Translations under genes and position numbers: made by a program
From: an uncultured Zetaproteobacteria bacterium
Lineage (GTDB): Bacteria > Pseudomonadota > Zetaproteobacteria > Mariprofundales > Mariprofundaceae
Direction of reading: 5' to 3'
Length of the DNA: 57,632 nucleotides
Assembly (NCBI GenBank): GCA_964442955.1
Contig: CAYUBK010000001.1
Span: forward strand, 1-57,632
The notes under the pieces: model-generated
The model's input: only the letters and a program-made list of their open reading frames with translations
The model's database searches: none
Told to the model about the DNA's origin: nothing
Part shown: in pieces, positions 28,398 to 36,685 of the stretch
How the letters are laid out: each line of letters begins with the position of its first letter
Position numbering within the stretch: position 1 is the stretch's first letter

Positions 28398-30716
28398 TTA
28401 TGTCGATTTAAGCACTTGTTGAATGGCTTTGCATAGTTTACCGACAGAGAACGGCTTATGCAGAACAACTTCGTAACTGCTATCCAGACCACGGCTTCTG
28501 GCGGCGTGTTTGTCATAGCCGGTGGCAAAAATGATTTTGATATCCGGATTCATTGTGCGCAGTTGCCTTGCCACTTCAACGCCGTTCATCTCCGGCATCA
28601 ATACATCCAGCATCACCAGGTCAATTTCCTCGCTGTGACGTTGATACAGACTCAGCGCCTGCTCCCCGTCAGTGGCAATGATGACCTGATAACCACAGTT
28701 TTTCAGCAACTCCGCGCAGGCTTCGCGCACCAGCAATTCATCATCGGCAAACAGAATGGTTTCGCCATGCACTTCCATGCAGGATTGGCTATCAACTTTT
28801 GCCTCCAATGGCGGTCTTTCGGGCAAGGGCAGGAAAATATGAATACTGGCCCCTTCACCCGGCGCACTTTCCATTTCAATGACGCCGTGATGCGTTTTAA
28901 CACAGCCATAAATCATCGATAAGCCCAGCCCCGTTCCCTGCCCCACTTCCTTGGTGGAATAAAAAGGTTCAAATAGATGTTGCTGCACATCGGCAGACAT
29001 GCCGCAACCATTATCCGATACGCTCAGACAGGCATAGGCGCTGGCTTTCGCACTGGCATGTTTGTCCAGCCATGCTTCATCGGCCTGCATCCGTGCCAGC
29101 GTAATGTGGATGCGCGGTTTCTCACATCCGGCTACCGCATCGCGGGCATTGCTCAGTAGATGGATCAGCATTTGCTGCAATTGGGAAATATCCGCCTCGA
29201 TAACCAGTTCGTTTTCACAGACCTCTGTTTGCACAGTAATCGACGTCGGCATACTGGCCTGCTGTAGGCTCACATTTTCACTGACCAGTCGATTCAGCGA
29301 TACCTGTTCAAATTGCACGATGCCCTTGCGTGCAAAAGTCAGCAATTGCTGAATCATTGCGCCGGCGCGAAAGACCAGTGCATCGACATTGGCCAGATTC
29401 TTCGCGATCTGAGGGTTATCGAGGGAAAGCATTTTTGCCAGATAGAGATTACCGGTCATGCCGGCCAGCATATTATTGAATTCATGTGCAATGCCACCAA
29501 CCAGTGTTCCGACAGCTTCCATTTTCTGGCCTTGCCGTAGCTGTTCTTCGATATGCTTTTCGCGACTGATATCATGAAAAACGCCGATAAACCGTTCAAT
29601 ATCACCACCATCATTACGCACCGGAGATACGGCCAGCATGATTGGAATAGAATCGCCGTTTTTATGACGCCCTTGCATTTCGCCATGCCACTGCTGTTTG
29701 TCCTGCATGGCTTGCCACAGGCTTTTGTACGGCTCCTGCCGTCGTACATCTGCACGGAAGCAGGAAAGCGCTTCGCCCACGAGTTCATCTCTGCAAAAGC
29801 CGGTAAGCCTGCAGGCGGCGTCATTGCAATATTCTACCACGCCGTTGTGATCGACAATGCATATCGCATCGCTGGTTTGCTCCATGGCTTGATGGAGTTG
29901 GCTCAGATTACGATGGGATGCCTCGAGTTGTCGCCGCCATTGCCGCAACAACGCCAATAAAAAAATGCAATACAGCAATAACAGCAACCCGACGAGCATG
30001 GCGCTGCTACGAAAGTGCTCATCGGTCTGAATCTGATGGCCATAATATTGTTCCAGCTGAACCTCCATGATTTGCGCGCTTTGCTGTACGCCGCCATGGA
30101 TAAAATCATCTACGGCCTGATCGATGAGCGCAGCCTGAGTGACGATCATCTCCACCTGTTGCTGTAGCGATGAGAAGAAGGAAAGCTGCAATGGGGCAAT
30201 GACCTCGTTAATATCGTAGTAAATATGGTCAACCAGATCGGCATCGGGCCTGGCGATGTAGAGCAGAATATCACGATGCAGATCAGCCAGCGCGCTGTGT
30301 TGCTGCTGATGCTCATGATCATCCCTGTTCGAGCGGGCATAGATCGCATTGACCGCATTGAGCAGCGCCCTGTTTTGAGCGATAAAAATAGCCAGAGGCT
30401 CTTTCTGATTGGTGATGGATGCGCCCAGTACCTGCAGCGGGGCAGCCAGTGCACTGGCCTTGGGTGTTTGCTCTGAAATGATCCGCCACAACTGATTGAG
30501 CCTGAGTGAGCCCGCTTTCAGGCTGTCATAAGAGGTGAGGGCGCCGGTGCGCAGCTTGATCATATCGCGTTCCATAGCAGCGTTCACGCCGGAAGTCTCA
30601 TCAAGCAACGCATGCAGCTGGTAGAAGCGGCTGATATCTACCGAGGCCGATTGCGTATACAGCCAGCCCAGCAAGGTAGACAATATGGCCAGCAGGGCTA
30701 TATGATACCTAAGCAT
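28398..30716 (-). CDS. Hybrid sensor histidine kinase (periplasmic DAHL-like domain, PAS, HisKA, HATPase, REC)
   Basis: Two TMs; DMIKLRTGALTSYDSL; PAS; AHEFNNML; GQGTGLGL; REC with DVLMP/KPF; GGAGG before ATG 30716. Confidence 0.9.
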   Translation of the reverse strand: MLRYHIALLAILSTLLGWLYTQSASVDISRFYQLHALLDETSGVNAAMERDMIKLRTGALTSYDSLKAGSLRLNQLWRIISEQTPKASALAAPLQVLGASITNQKEPLAIFIAQNRALLNAVNAIYARSNRDDHEHQQQHSALADLHRDILLYIARPDADLVDHIYYDINEVIAPLQLSFFSSLQQQVEMIVTQAALIDQAVDDFIHGGVQQSAQIMEVQLEQYYGHQIQTDEHFRSSAMLVGLLLLLYCIFLLALLRQWRRQLEASHRNLSQLHQAMEQTSDAICIVDHNGVVEYCNDAACRLTGFCRDELVGEALSCFRADVRRQEPYKSLWQAMQDKQQWHGEMQGRHKNGDSIPIMLAVSPVRNDGGDIERFIGVFHDISREKHIEEQLRQGQKMEAVGTLVGGIAHEFNNMLAGMTGNLYLAKMLSLDNPQIAKNLANVDALVFRAGAMIQQLLTFARKGIVQFEQVSLNRLVSENVSLQQASMPTSITVQTEVCENELVIEADISQLQQMLIHLLSNARDAVAGCEKPRIHITLARMQADEAWLDKHASAKASAYACLSVSDNGCGMSADVQQHLFEPFYSTKEVGQGTGLGLSMIYGCVKTHHGVIEMESAPGEGASIHIFLPLPERPPLEAKVDSQSCMEVHGETILFADDELLVREACAELLKNCGYQVIIATDGEQALSLYQRHSEEIDLVMLDVLMPEMNGVEVARQLRTMNPDIKIIFATGYDKHAARSRGLDSSYEVVLHKPFSVGKLCKAIQQVLKST

Positions 30717-30896
30717 TTTCACCTCCATGGCTCAATGCATCGGGCTATGTTACGTCTGAGCAGGTTCTGATTCAAGATGGTTGCAGGGAAGGACATGCTT
30801 CGATGCTATTGCAGGCAATGTGTCCGATGTCACAGAAATGCCATGAACGGGTGCCAGGATCGGCTTCACTGTCAGCAGCAGTAACAAGTATTTTCA

Positions 30897-30936
30897 AATA
30901 AAAAAGGCGGAGCGTGCAAACTCCGCCTTTTTTATT
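30897..30936. terminator. Bidirectional terminator-like hairpin within a divergent intergenic region
   Basis: Perfect 16-bp inverted repeat aataaaaaaggcggag / ctccgccttttttatt. Confidence 0.75.
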
Positions 30937-30993
30937 GACCCGGTTTGTATAAGTCGCTGAGATAGCAGCCATGTGTGAAATCGGAATATTGAA

Positions 30994-32241
30994 TTGAATA
31001 TCCTCATCATCGGCAGCGTATGGCCGGAACCCGCATCGTCCGGCGCAGGCTTGCGCATGATGGAGATGATCCGCCTGTTTCAGCAGCAACAATGGTCTGT
31101 CGTATTCGCCAGCACCGCTGCGCCGAGCAAACACATGTCCGATCTGGATGCCTTATCCGTGCGTCGCGTGGCCATTGCCGTGAACGACAGCAGCTTCGAC
31201 TGTTTTATCGGCGAGCTCAAACCGGATTTGGTATTGTTTGACCGCTTTACGATGGAAGAACAATTCGGCTGGCGGGTGGAAAAGATTTGTCCCGATGCCA
31301 TGCGTGTCATCGAAACCATTGATTTGCATTGCCTGCGCCATGCCCGACATCTGCAATGCAAGCGTCAGCCCGCCGTGGCATTGCATGTAGCGCAGACTGA
31401 TCTGTTTAATGAAGTCGCTCTGCGGGAAATCGCCGCCATGCACCGCTCCGATTTGTCGATTCTGGTTTCCGGTTATGAAATGGAACTGTTGCAATCGCAG
31501 TTCGGGATGAGCTCCGAGATTATTCATCTGTGCCCGTTCATGTTTGACATACCGCAGGCTCATGCGCTTTTACCTGCGTGCGAGGATCGTTGCCATTTTA
31601 TCACTATCGGTAATTTCCGTCATGCGCCGAATTGGGATAGTGTATTATGGTTAAAACAACAGATATGGCCGCGAATCCGCACTTGTTTACCCGAAGCAGA
31701 ATTGCATGTTTATGGAGCCTATGCGCCACCAAAAGCATTGGCTTTACATGATTCGGATGCCGGCTTTCATGTACTCGGGCGTGCGGAAAATGTGGATGCA
31801 GTGATGCATCAGAGCCGGGTGTGTCTTGCCCCGCTGCGTTTCGGGGCCGGCATCAAGACCAAACTGGCCGATGCCATGTTAAACGGCACGCCGAATGTAA
31901 CCACCAGTGTAGGTATGGAAGGCATGTGCGGCGATTTGCCCTGGGCCGGCGCCGTAGCAAATGATGCCGACTCCATTGCTTCGGCGGCAGTGTCGCTCTA
32001 TGAAAATGCAGAGCAGTGGCGGCAGGCGCAGCACAATGGTTTTAACATCGTACGGCAGTTATTCGATGCACAACGCAATGGCGAACGTTTGATTCGTCGC
32101 TTGCTGATACTGAAAGAGAATCTTGCCGAACACCGGCAACAACAATTCGTCGGCCTGATGCTCAGACATCATCATCAGCGCAGTACTGAGTTTATGTCCC
32201 GCTGGATTGAAGCCAAAAACAGGCTGGCTGATCAGAATTGA
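30994..32241 (+). CDS. Glycosyltransferase (GT4-like)
   Basis: WPEPASSGAG, IGNFRHAPNWD, APLRFGAGIKTK. Confidence 0.85.
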   Translation: MNILIIGSVWPEPASSGAGLRMMEMIRLFQQQQWSVVFASTAAPSKHMSDLDALSVRRVAIAVNDSSFDCFIGELKPDLVLFDRFTMEEQFGWRVEKICPDAMRVIETIDLHCLRHARHLQCKRQPAVALHVAQTDLFNEVALREIAAMHRSDLSILVSGYEMELLQSQFGMSSEIIHLCPFMFDIPQAHALLPACEDRCHFITIGNFRHAPNWDSVLWLKQQIWPRIRTCLPEAELHVYGAYAPPKALALHDSDAGFHVLGRAENVDAVMHQSRVCLAPLRFGAGIKTKLADAMLNGTPNVTTSVGMEGMCGDLPWAGAVANDADSIASAAVSLYENAEQWRQAQHNGFNIVRQLFDAQRNGERLIRRLLILKENLAEHRQQQFVGLMLRHHHQRSTEFMSRWIEAKNRLADQN

Positions 32242-32250
32242 CCGATAAGC

Positions 32251-32553
32251 CTATTTTGCGCGTTCAGTGATTTCGATCAGGTGATAGCCGAACTGTGTTT
32301 TGACCGGGCCGTGCACCTTATGCAATTCCGCCGTGAAAACGACATCATTGAATTCCTTGACCATTTGACGCTCTCTGAACTGTCCCAGATCACCGCCTTT
32401 TTTCCCTGACGGACAGGTTGAATGCTGGCGGGCGACATCGGCAAAGTCTGCGCCATTTTCAATGTCAGCTTTGAGTTGCTCACACTGCGCCTGATCAGAA
32501 ACCAGAATATGCCGTGCTGATGCCGTTGCTCTTTTTTTGCGCCATCCCATCAT
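32251..32553 (-). CDS. ppiC: Parvulin-type peptidyl-prolyl isomerase
   Basis: ARHILV, CPSGKKGGDLG, GPVKTQFGYHLI. Confidence 0.93.
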   Translation of the reverse strand: MMGWRKKRATASARHILVSDQAQCEQLKADIENGADFADVARQHSTCPSGKKGGDLGQFRERQMVKEFNDVVFTAELHKVHGPVKTQFGYHLIEITERAK

Positions 32554-32574
32554 GTCATCACCTCGTTATGGTAT

Positions 32575-32940
32575 TTATCCGCCCGCCAGTTTGGCTTTGT
32601 GGCCAAGTTTTTCCAGCAGAATAAGCAGTTTCTCCCGGTGATCACCCTGAATCTCCAGCATGCCATTTTTCACCGCACCGCCACTTCCCAGTGAACCCTT
32701 CAATTGCTTCAGCAGTTTTTTGAGTGCCGCATCATCAAGCCGCAAACCATCCACAATCGACACAGTTTTGCCACCGCGCCCTTTCGATTCGCGCCGGATA
32801 CGCACACCCTGCTTGTTTGGGTTTTTAATCGCCGCCGTAGCGGGAGTCGCCTGGCGTTTTTTCTTGCTCGCTTTTTTCTGCATTGGCTTATCCAGAGAAC
32901 CATGTTCCGTACTATAAACCAGTCTGCAATCTCCACTCAT
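32575..32940 (-). CDS. yciH: SUI1/YciH translation factor family protein
   Basis: LVYST, RESKGRGGKTVS, GGAVK, EIQGDHR. Confidence 0.9.
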   Translation of the reverse strand: MSGDCRLVYSTEHGSLDKPMQKKASKKKRQATPATAAIKNPNKQGVRIRRESKGRGGKTVSIVDGLRLDDAALKKLLKQLKGSLGSGGAVKNGMLEIQGDHREKLLILLEKLGHKAKLAGG

Positions 32941-33087
32941 TTGTTACTCCTGAATAAACCAACTCCACTCTATTTCTGCATGCTACGCAACTGTACAGCT
33001 GTGCTTCATATCTCTTTCACACCTTAAGGCGGAATGTATATTTTTCAACGCTTTCAGAAAAAACAGCGGCGTTGAAAAAGACCACAA

Positions 33088-33103
33088 TGGCATGCAGGTT
33101 GCC
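33088..33103 (+). promoter_or_regulatory. Putative sigma54 promoter upstream of pdhA
   Basis: TGGCATGCAGGTTGCC with correct GG-N10-GC spacing, about 60 nt before ATG 33164. Confidence 0.4.
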
Positions 33104-33163
33104 GCTCATGGGACGCTTGGGCATTATTCGCGTACTATTACGAATATTTTTGCCGGGGGCAAT

Positions 33164-34213
33164 ATGGCTGCAAAGCAGAAACAGGATGCTGGCATCACGC
33201 ATGACGGCATCTTTTTTGCACAGGAAGAACTGCATGAGATGCATGATAAAATGCTGTTCATCCGTCGATTTGAAGAGAAAGCAGGTCAAATGTATGGCTT
33301 GAAAAAGATCGGCGGATTTTGCCATCTGTGTAACGGGCAGGAAGCGGTCTGCGTGGGTATGCAACATGCAGCCAAAGCTACTGATTATATGATGACCAGT
33401 TACCGGGATCATGGCCATATACTGGCGCGCGGTTCCGATCCGACTGCAGTGATGGCTGAACTGCTGGGCCGCGCCGGCGGCGTGGTGAAAGGCAAGGGCG
33501 GCTCGATGCATATGTTTGATGCCGACAAGAATTTTGCCGGCGGCAATGGCATTGTTGGCGAGCAGGTTCCGATAGGCCTCGGATTCGGTTTTTCCAGCTG
33601 GTACCAGGATAACGGGCGCGTTACCATCTGCATTATGGGCGATGGCGGCATCAATCAGGGCGCAGTGTATGAATCATTTAATATGGCAGCGCTGTGGAAG
33701 CTGCCGATTGTATTCATGGTTGAAAACAATCAGTACGCCATGGGCACATCGCTGGATCGGGCTTCGGCTGAAACCCAGTTATTCAAGCGCGGTATTTCAT
33801 TCAAGATTCCCGGCATGAAAATCGATGGCATGGATGTGCTGGAATTTGAAAAGAAAATGAGCGAAGCCATTGAACATGCGCGCTCCGGCAAAGGGCCGAT
33901 TCTGGTCGAGGCGATGACGTATCGTTATCGTGGTCACTCGATGTCCGACCCGGCCACCTACCGCACCCGCGAAGAAGTCGATGAATGGCGTACTGGTCGC
34001 GATCCGATTGCCCGTTTGCAGGCCCAGATGATTGAAGCGAACCTGGCTACGGAAGAATCATTCAAACAGAAAGATCGTGAGATCAAGAAAGAGGTGGCTG
34101 CGATTGCCAAGGCTGCCGAAAGCCAACCGGAACCCGATGCATCCGAATTGTGGACAGATATTTATAGCGACCCGATTGAAGGCGCATACCCTTATCCGGG
34201 CAAGGTGGGCTAA
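33164..34213 (+). CDS. pdhA: Pyruvate dehydrogenase E1 alpha
   Basis: GGFCHL, GKGGSMH, GDG...N TPP motif, YRYRGHSMSDP. Confidence 0.95.
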   Translation: MAAKQKQDAGITHDGIFFAQEELHEMHDKMLFIRRFEEKAGQMYGLKKIGGFCHLCNGQEAVCVGMQHAAKATDYMMTSYRDHGHILARGSDPTAVMAELLGRAGGVVKGKGGSMHMFDADKNFAGGNGIVGEQVPIGLGFGFSSWYQDNGRVTICIMGDGGINQGAVYESFNMAALWKLPIVFMVENNQYAMGTSLDRASAETQLFKRGISFKIPGMKIDGMDVLEFEKKMSEAIEHARSGKGPILVEAMTYRYRGHSMSDPATYRTREEVDEWRTGRDPIARLQAQMIEANLATEESFKQKDREIKKEVAAIAKAAESQPEPDASELWTDIYSDPIEGAYPYPGKVG

Positions 34214-34218
34214 AGAAC

Positions 34219-35199
34219 ATGAGTAAAATTACCTACCGCGAAGCATTAAATCAGGCTATGGCCGAAGAAATGACCCGTGATGAAAACGTATTCCTGATGG
34301 GCGAGGAAGTGGCCGAGTATAACGGCGCGTACAAAGTCTCACAGGGTTTGCTGGATAAATTCGGCTCCAAACGCGTCATTGATACGCCGATTACCGAGCT
34401 GGGGTTTGCCGGCCTCGGCGTGGGTGCTGCCATGACCGGCCTGCGTCCGGTGATTGAATTTATGACCTGGAACTTTGCCATGTTGGCGCTGGATCAAATC
34501 GTTAATGCGGCGGCCAAAATGAAATATATGTCCGGCGGCCAGTATTCGGTGCCGATGGTGTTCCGTGGTGCAGGCGGTTCTGCCGCTCGCGTGGGCGCAC
34601 AGCACTCTCAGAGTCTGGAAAACTGGCTGGCCAATGTGCCGGGTCTGAAAGTAGTGATGCCATCCAATCCAGCCGATGCCAAGGGGTTGCTCAAAGCCTC
34701 GATTCGCGATAATGACACGGTCGTGTTTATTGAGAACGAAATCAATTACGGCGATGTCGGTGAAGTTCCGGATGCGGAATACATTATTCCGCTCGGTCTG
34801 GCTGATGTAAAACGAGTCGGTTCCGATGTGACCATCATAGCCCATTCTCGCATGACTGGTTTTGCACTGGCCGCAGCCAAAGAACTCGCCGCCGAAGGCA
34901 TTGAGGCCGAAGTCATTGATCCGCGCACCATTCGCCCGCTGGATGAGAATACGATTATCGCGTCCGTGGTGAAAACCAATTGTGCGGTAGTTGTTGAAGA
35001 AGGTTGGCGTTTTGCAGGTATTGGCGCGGAGATTTCCGCCCGCATCATGGAGTGCGCCTTTGATGATCTGGATTCACCGGTTATTCGTGTGACCGGCAAG
35101 GATGTGCCGATGCCGTATGCAGCTAATCTGGAATCGCTGGCATTGCCTAGTGTTCGCGATATCGTAGAAGCCGCCCGCACCGCCTGTGGCCGTGCCTGA
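34219..35199 (+). CDS. pdhB: Pyruvate dehydrogenase E1 beta
   Basis: GEEVAEYNGAYKV, DTPITE, EFMTWNFAM, AQHSQ. Confidence 0.95.
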   Translation: MSKITYREALNQAMAEEMTRDENVFLMGEEVAEYNGAYKVSQGLLDKFGSKRVIDTPITELGFAGLGVGAAMTGLRPVIEFMTWNFAMLALDQIVNAAAKMKYMSGGQYSVPMVFRGAGGSAARVGAQHSQSLENWLANVPGLKVVMPSNPADAKGLLKASIRDNDTVVFIENEINYGDVGEVPDAEYIIPLGLADVKRVGSDVTIIAHSRMTGFALAAAKELAAEGIEAEVIDPRTIRPLDENTIIASVVKTNCAVVVEEGWRFAGIGAEISARIMECAFDDLDSPVIRVTGKDVPMPYAANLESLALPSVRDIVEAARTACGRA

Positions 35200-35207
35200 T
35201 GGAACTC

Positions 35208-35284
35208 ACCACGAAGCACACGAATAGCACGAAGAAACCCTTTCATTTGTTTTCTTCGTGTACTCTCTCTGTGCCCTTCGTGGT
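35208..35284. repeat. CCACGAAG-type palindromic intergenic element (pdhB-pdhC)
   Basis: accacgaagcacacgaatagcacgaagaaa...tttcttcgtg...cccttcgtggt; 9-nt periodic arms. Confidence 0.8.
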
Positions 35285-35305
35285 AAATATTTTTGAGGTT
35301 TAACC

Positions 35306-36583
35306 ATGCCGATTGATGTATTTATGACGCAGTTGTCGCCGACCATGACCGAGGGGAAAATCGCCCGCTGGTTGAAAAAGGAAGGGGATACGCTGGAATC
35401 CGGTGAAATTATGGCCGAAGTGGAAACCGACAAGGCGACCATGGAAATGGAAGTGGTCGATGAAGGGATCATGCACAAAATCCTTGCTCCGGAAGGCGCT
35501 ACGGTTGCCGTTGGTACAGCCATAGCCATAATTGCCGAAGACGGCGAGGACGTGCCTGCCAATTATGTGCCGGAAAGTGCTACGGAGACTTCTCCTGCTG
35601 AATCCGTTCAGGAACCTGCTGTCGAACCGACTGCGCCCGCTCCGGTAGCAGAAGAGCCAAAACCTGCTCCGATCACCAGAACAGGGCGCATCAAAGCCAG
35701 CCCGCTGGCGCGTCGTCTGGCCAAACAGAAAGGCATTAACCTTGCCGCTATTCAAGGCAGTGGCCCGAACGGCCGCATTGTCAAATCGGACATCGAAAGC
35801 GCCTCCAAACGAGGTGTTCGGATCGGTGCTTCAACTACTGCGGTTACGCCACCACCGGCACGACCATTGCCGCAAGGCCCGTTGCCATACCATGCCGATG
35901 AATATGATCGGGTGGAAAATTCCATGATGCGCAAGGCCATTGCCCGCCGCCTGTCCGAATCCAAACAGCAGGTGCCGCATTTCTACCTGAGCGTGGATGT
36001 AGCCATGGATCGATTGATGGATCTGCGCGCCCAGCTCAACGAAGCCGCCGATGGCGCATTCAAACTCAGCGTCAACGACTTCATTATCAAAGCTGTCGCC
36101 AAGGCCTTAACCGATGTGCCTGCGGCCAATGCCAGTTGGACCGATACCGACACCTTGATGCACAAACATGCGCATATCTCGGTCGCTGTCGCCATTGAAG
36201 GCGGCCTGATTACCCCGGTGATTCGCTTCGCCGAGCAGAAGGGCATCACCGATATTTCCGCCGAAGTGAAAGAACTGGCAGGCCGCGCCCGCGCTGGCGA
36301 ACTCAAGCCGGAAGAATATTCAGGCGGCACCTTCTCGATTTCCAACCTGGGCATGTACGGCGTAAAACAGTTTGCAGCAATCGTTAATCCCCCCGAAGGC
36401 GCGATTCTGGCCGTGGGCGGCACCGATGAGCGTGCTGTAGTTGAAAATGGCAGCGTAGTTGCAAAGAAGATGATGACATTGACGCTGTCCTGTGATCACC
36501 GCGTCGTCGATGGCGCAGTAGGCGCTGAGTTTCTCGCCGCCCTGAAAAAACACATTGAAACGCCAGCGAGCGTGCTAATTTAG
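35306..36583 (+). CDS. pdhC: Dihydrolipoamide acetyltransferase E2
   Basis: One lipoyl domain (ETDKA), ASPLARRLA binding domain, DHRVVDG catalytic motif. Confidence 0.95.
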   Translation: MPIDVFMTQLSPTMTEGKIARWLKKEGDTLESGEIMAEVETDKATMEMEVVDEGIMHKILAPEGATVAVGTAIAIIAEDGEDVPANYVPESATETSPAESVQEPAVEPTAPAPVAEEPKPAPITRTGRIKASPLARRLAKQKGINLAAIQGSGPNGRIVKSDIESASKRGVRIGASTTAVTPPPARPLPQGPLPYHADEYDRVENSMMRKAIARRLSESKQQVPHFYLSVDVAMDRLMDLRAQLNEAADGAFKLSVNDFIIKAVAKALTDVPAANASWTDTDTLMHKHAHISVAVAIEGGLITPVIRFAEQKGITDISAEVKELAGRARAGELKPEEYSGGTFSISNLGMYGVKQFAAIVNPPEGAILAVGGTDERAVVENGSVVAKKMMTLTLSCDHRVVDGAVGAEFLAALKKHIETPASVLI

Positions 36584-36589
36584 TTACTC

Positions 36590-36663
36590 ACCACGAAGGA
36601 CACGAAGGGCACGAAGAAAGGCCAGGTTTGCTTATTCTTCTTACGCTTCGTGCTCTTCGTGGT
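36590..36663. repeat. CCACGAAG-type palindromic intergenic element (pdhC-lpdA)
   Basis: accacgaaggacacgaagggcacgaagaa...cttcgtgctcttcgtggt. Confidence 0.8.
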
Positions 36664-36685
36664 TAAATCCTGTTGAGGTTTTGAC

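Noticed and set aside
35208-36663. CACGAAG repeats as a CRISPR array
   Set aside because: The units are 9-nt tandem arms of isolated palindromes with no repeat-spacer periodicity and no cas genes.
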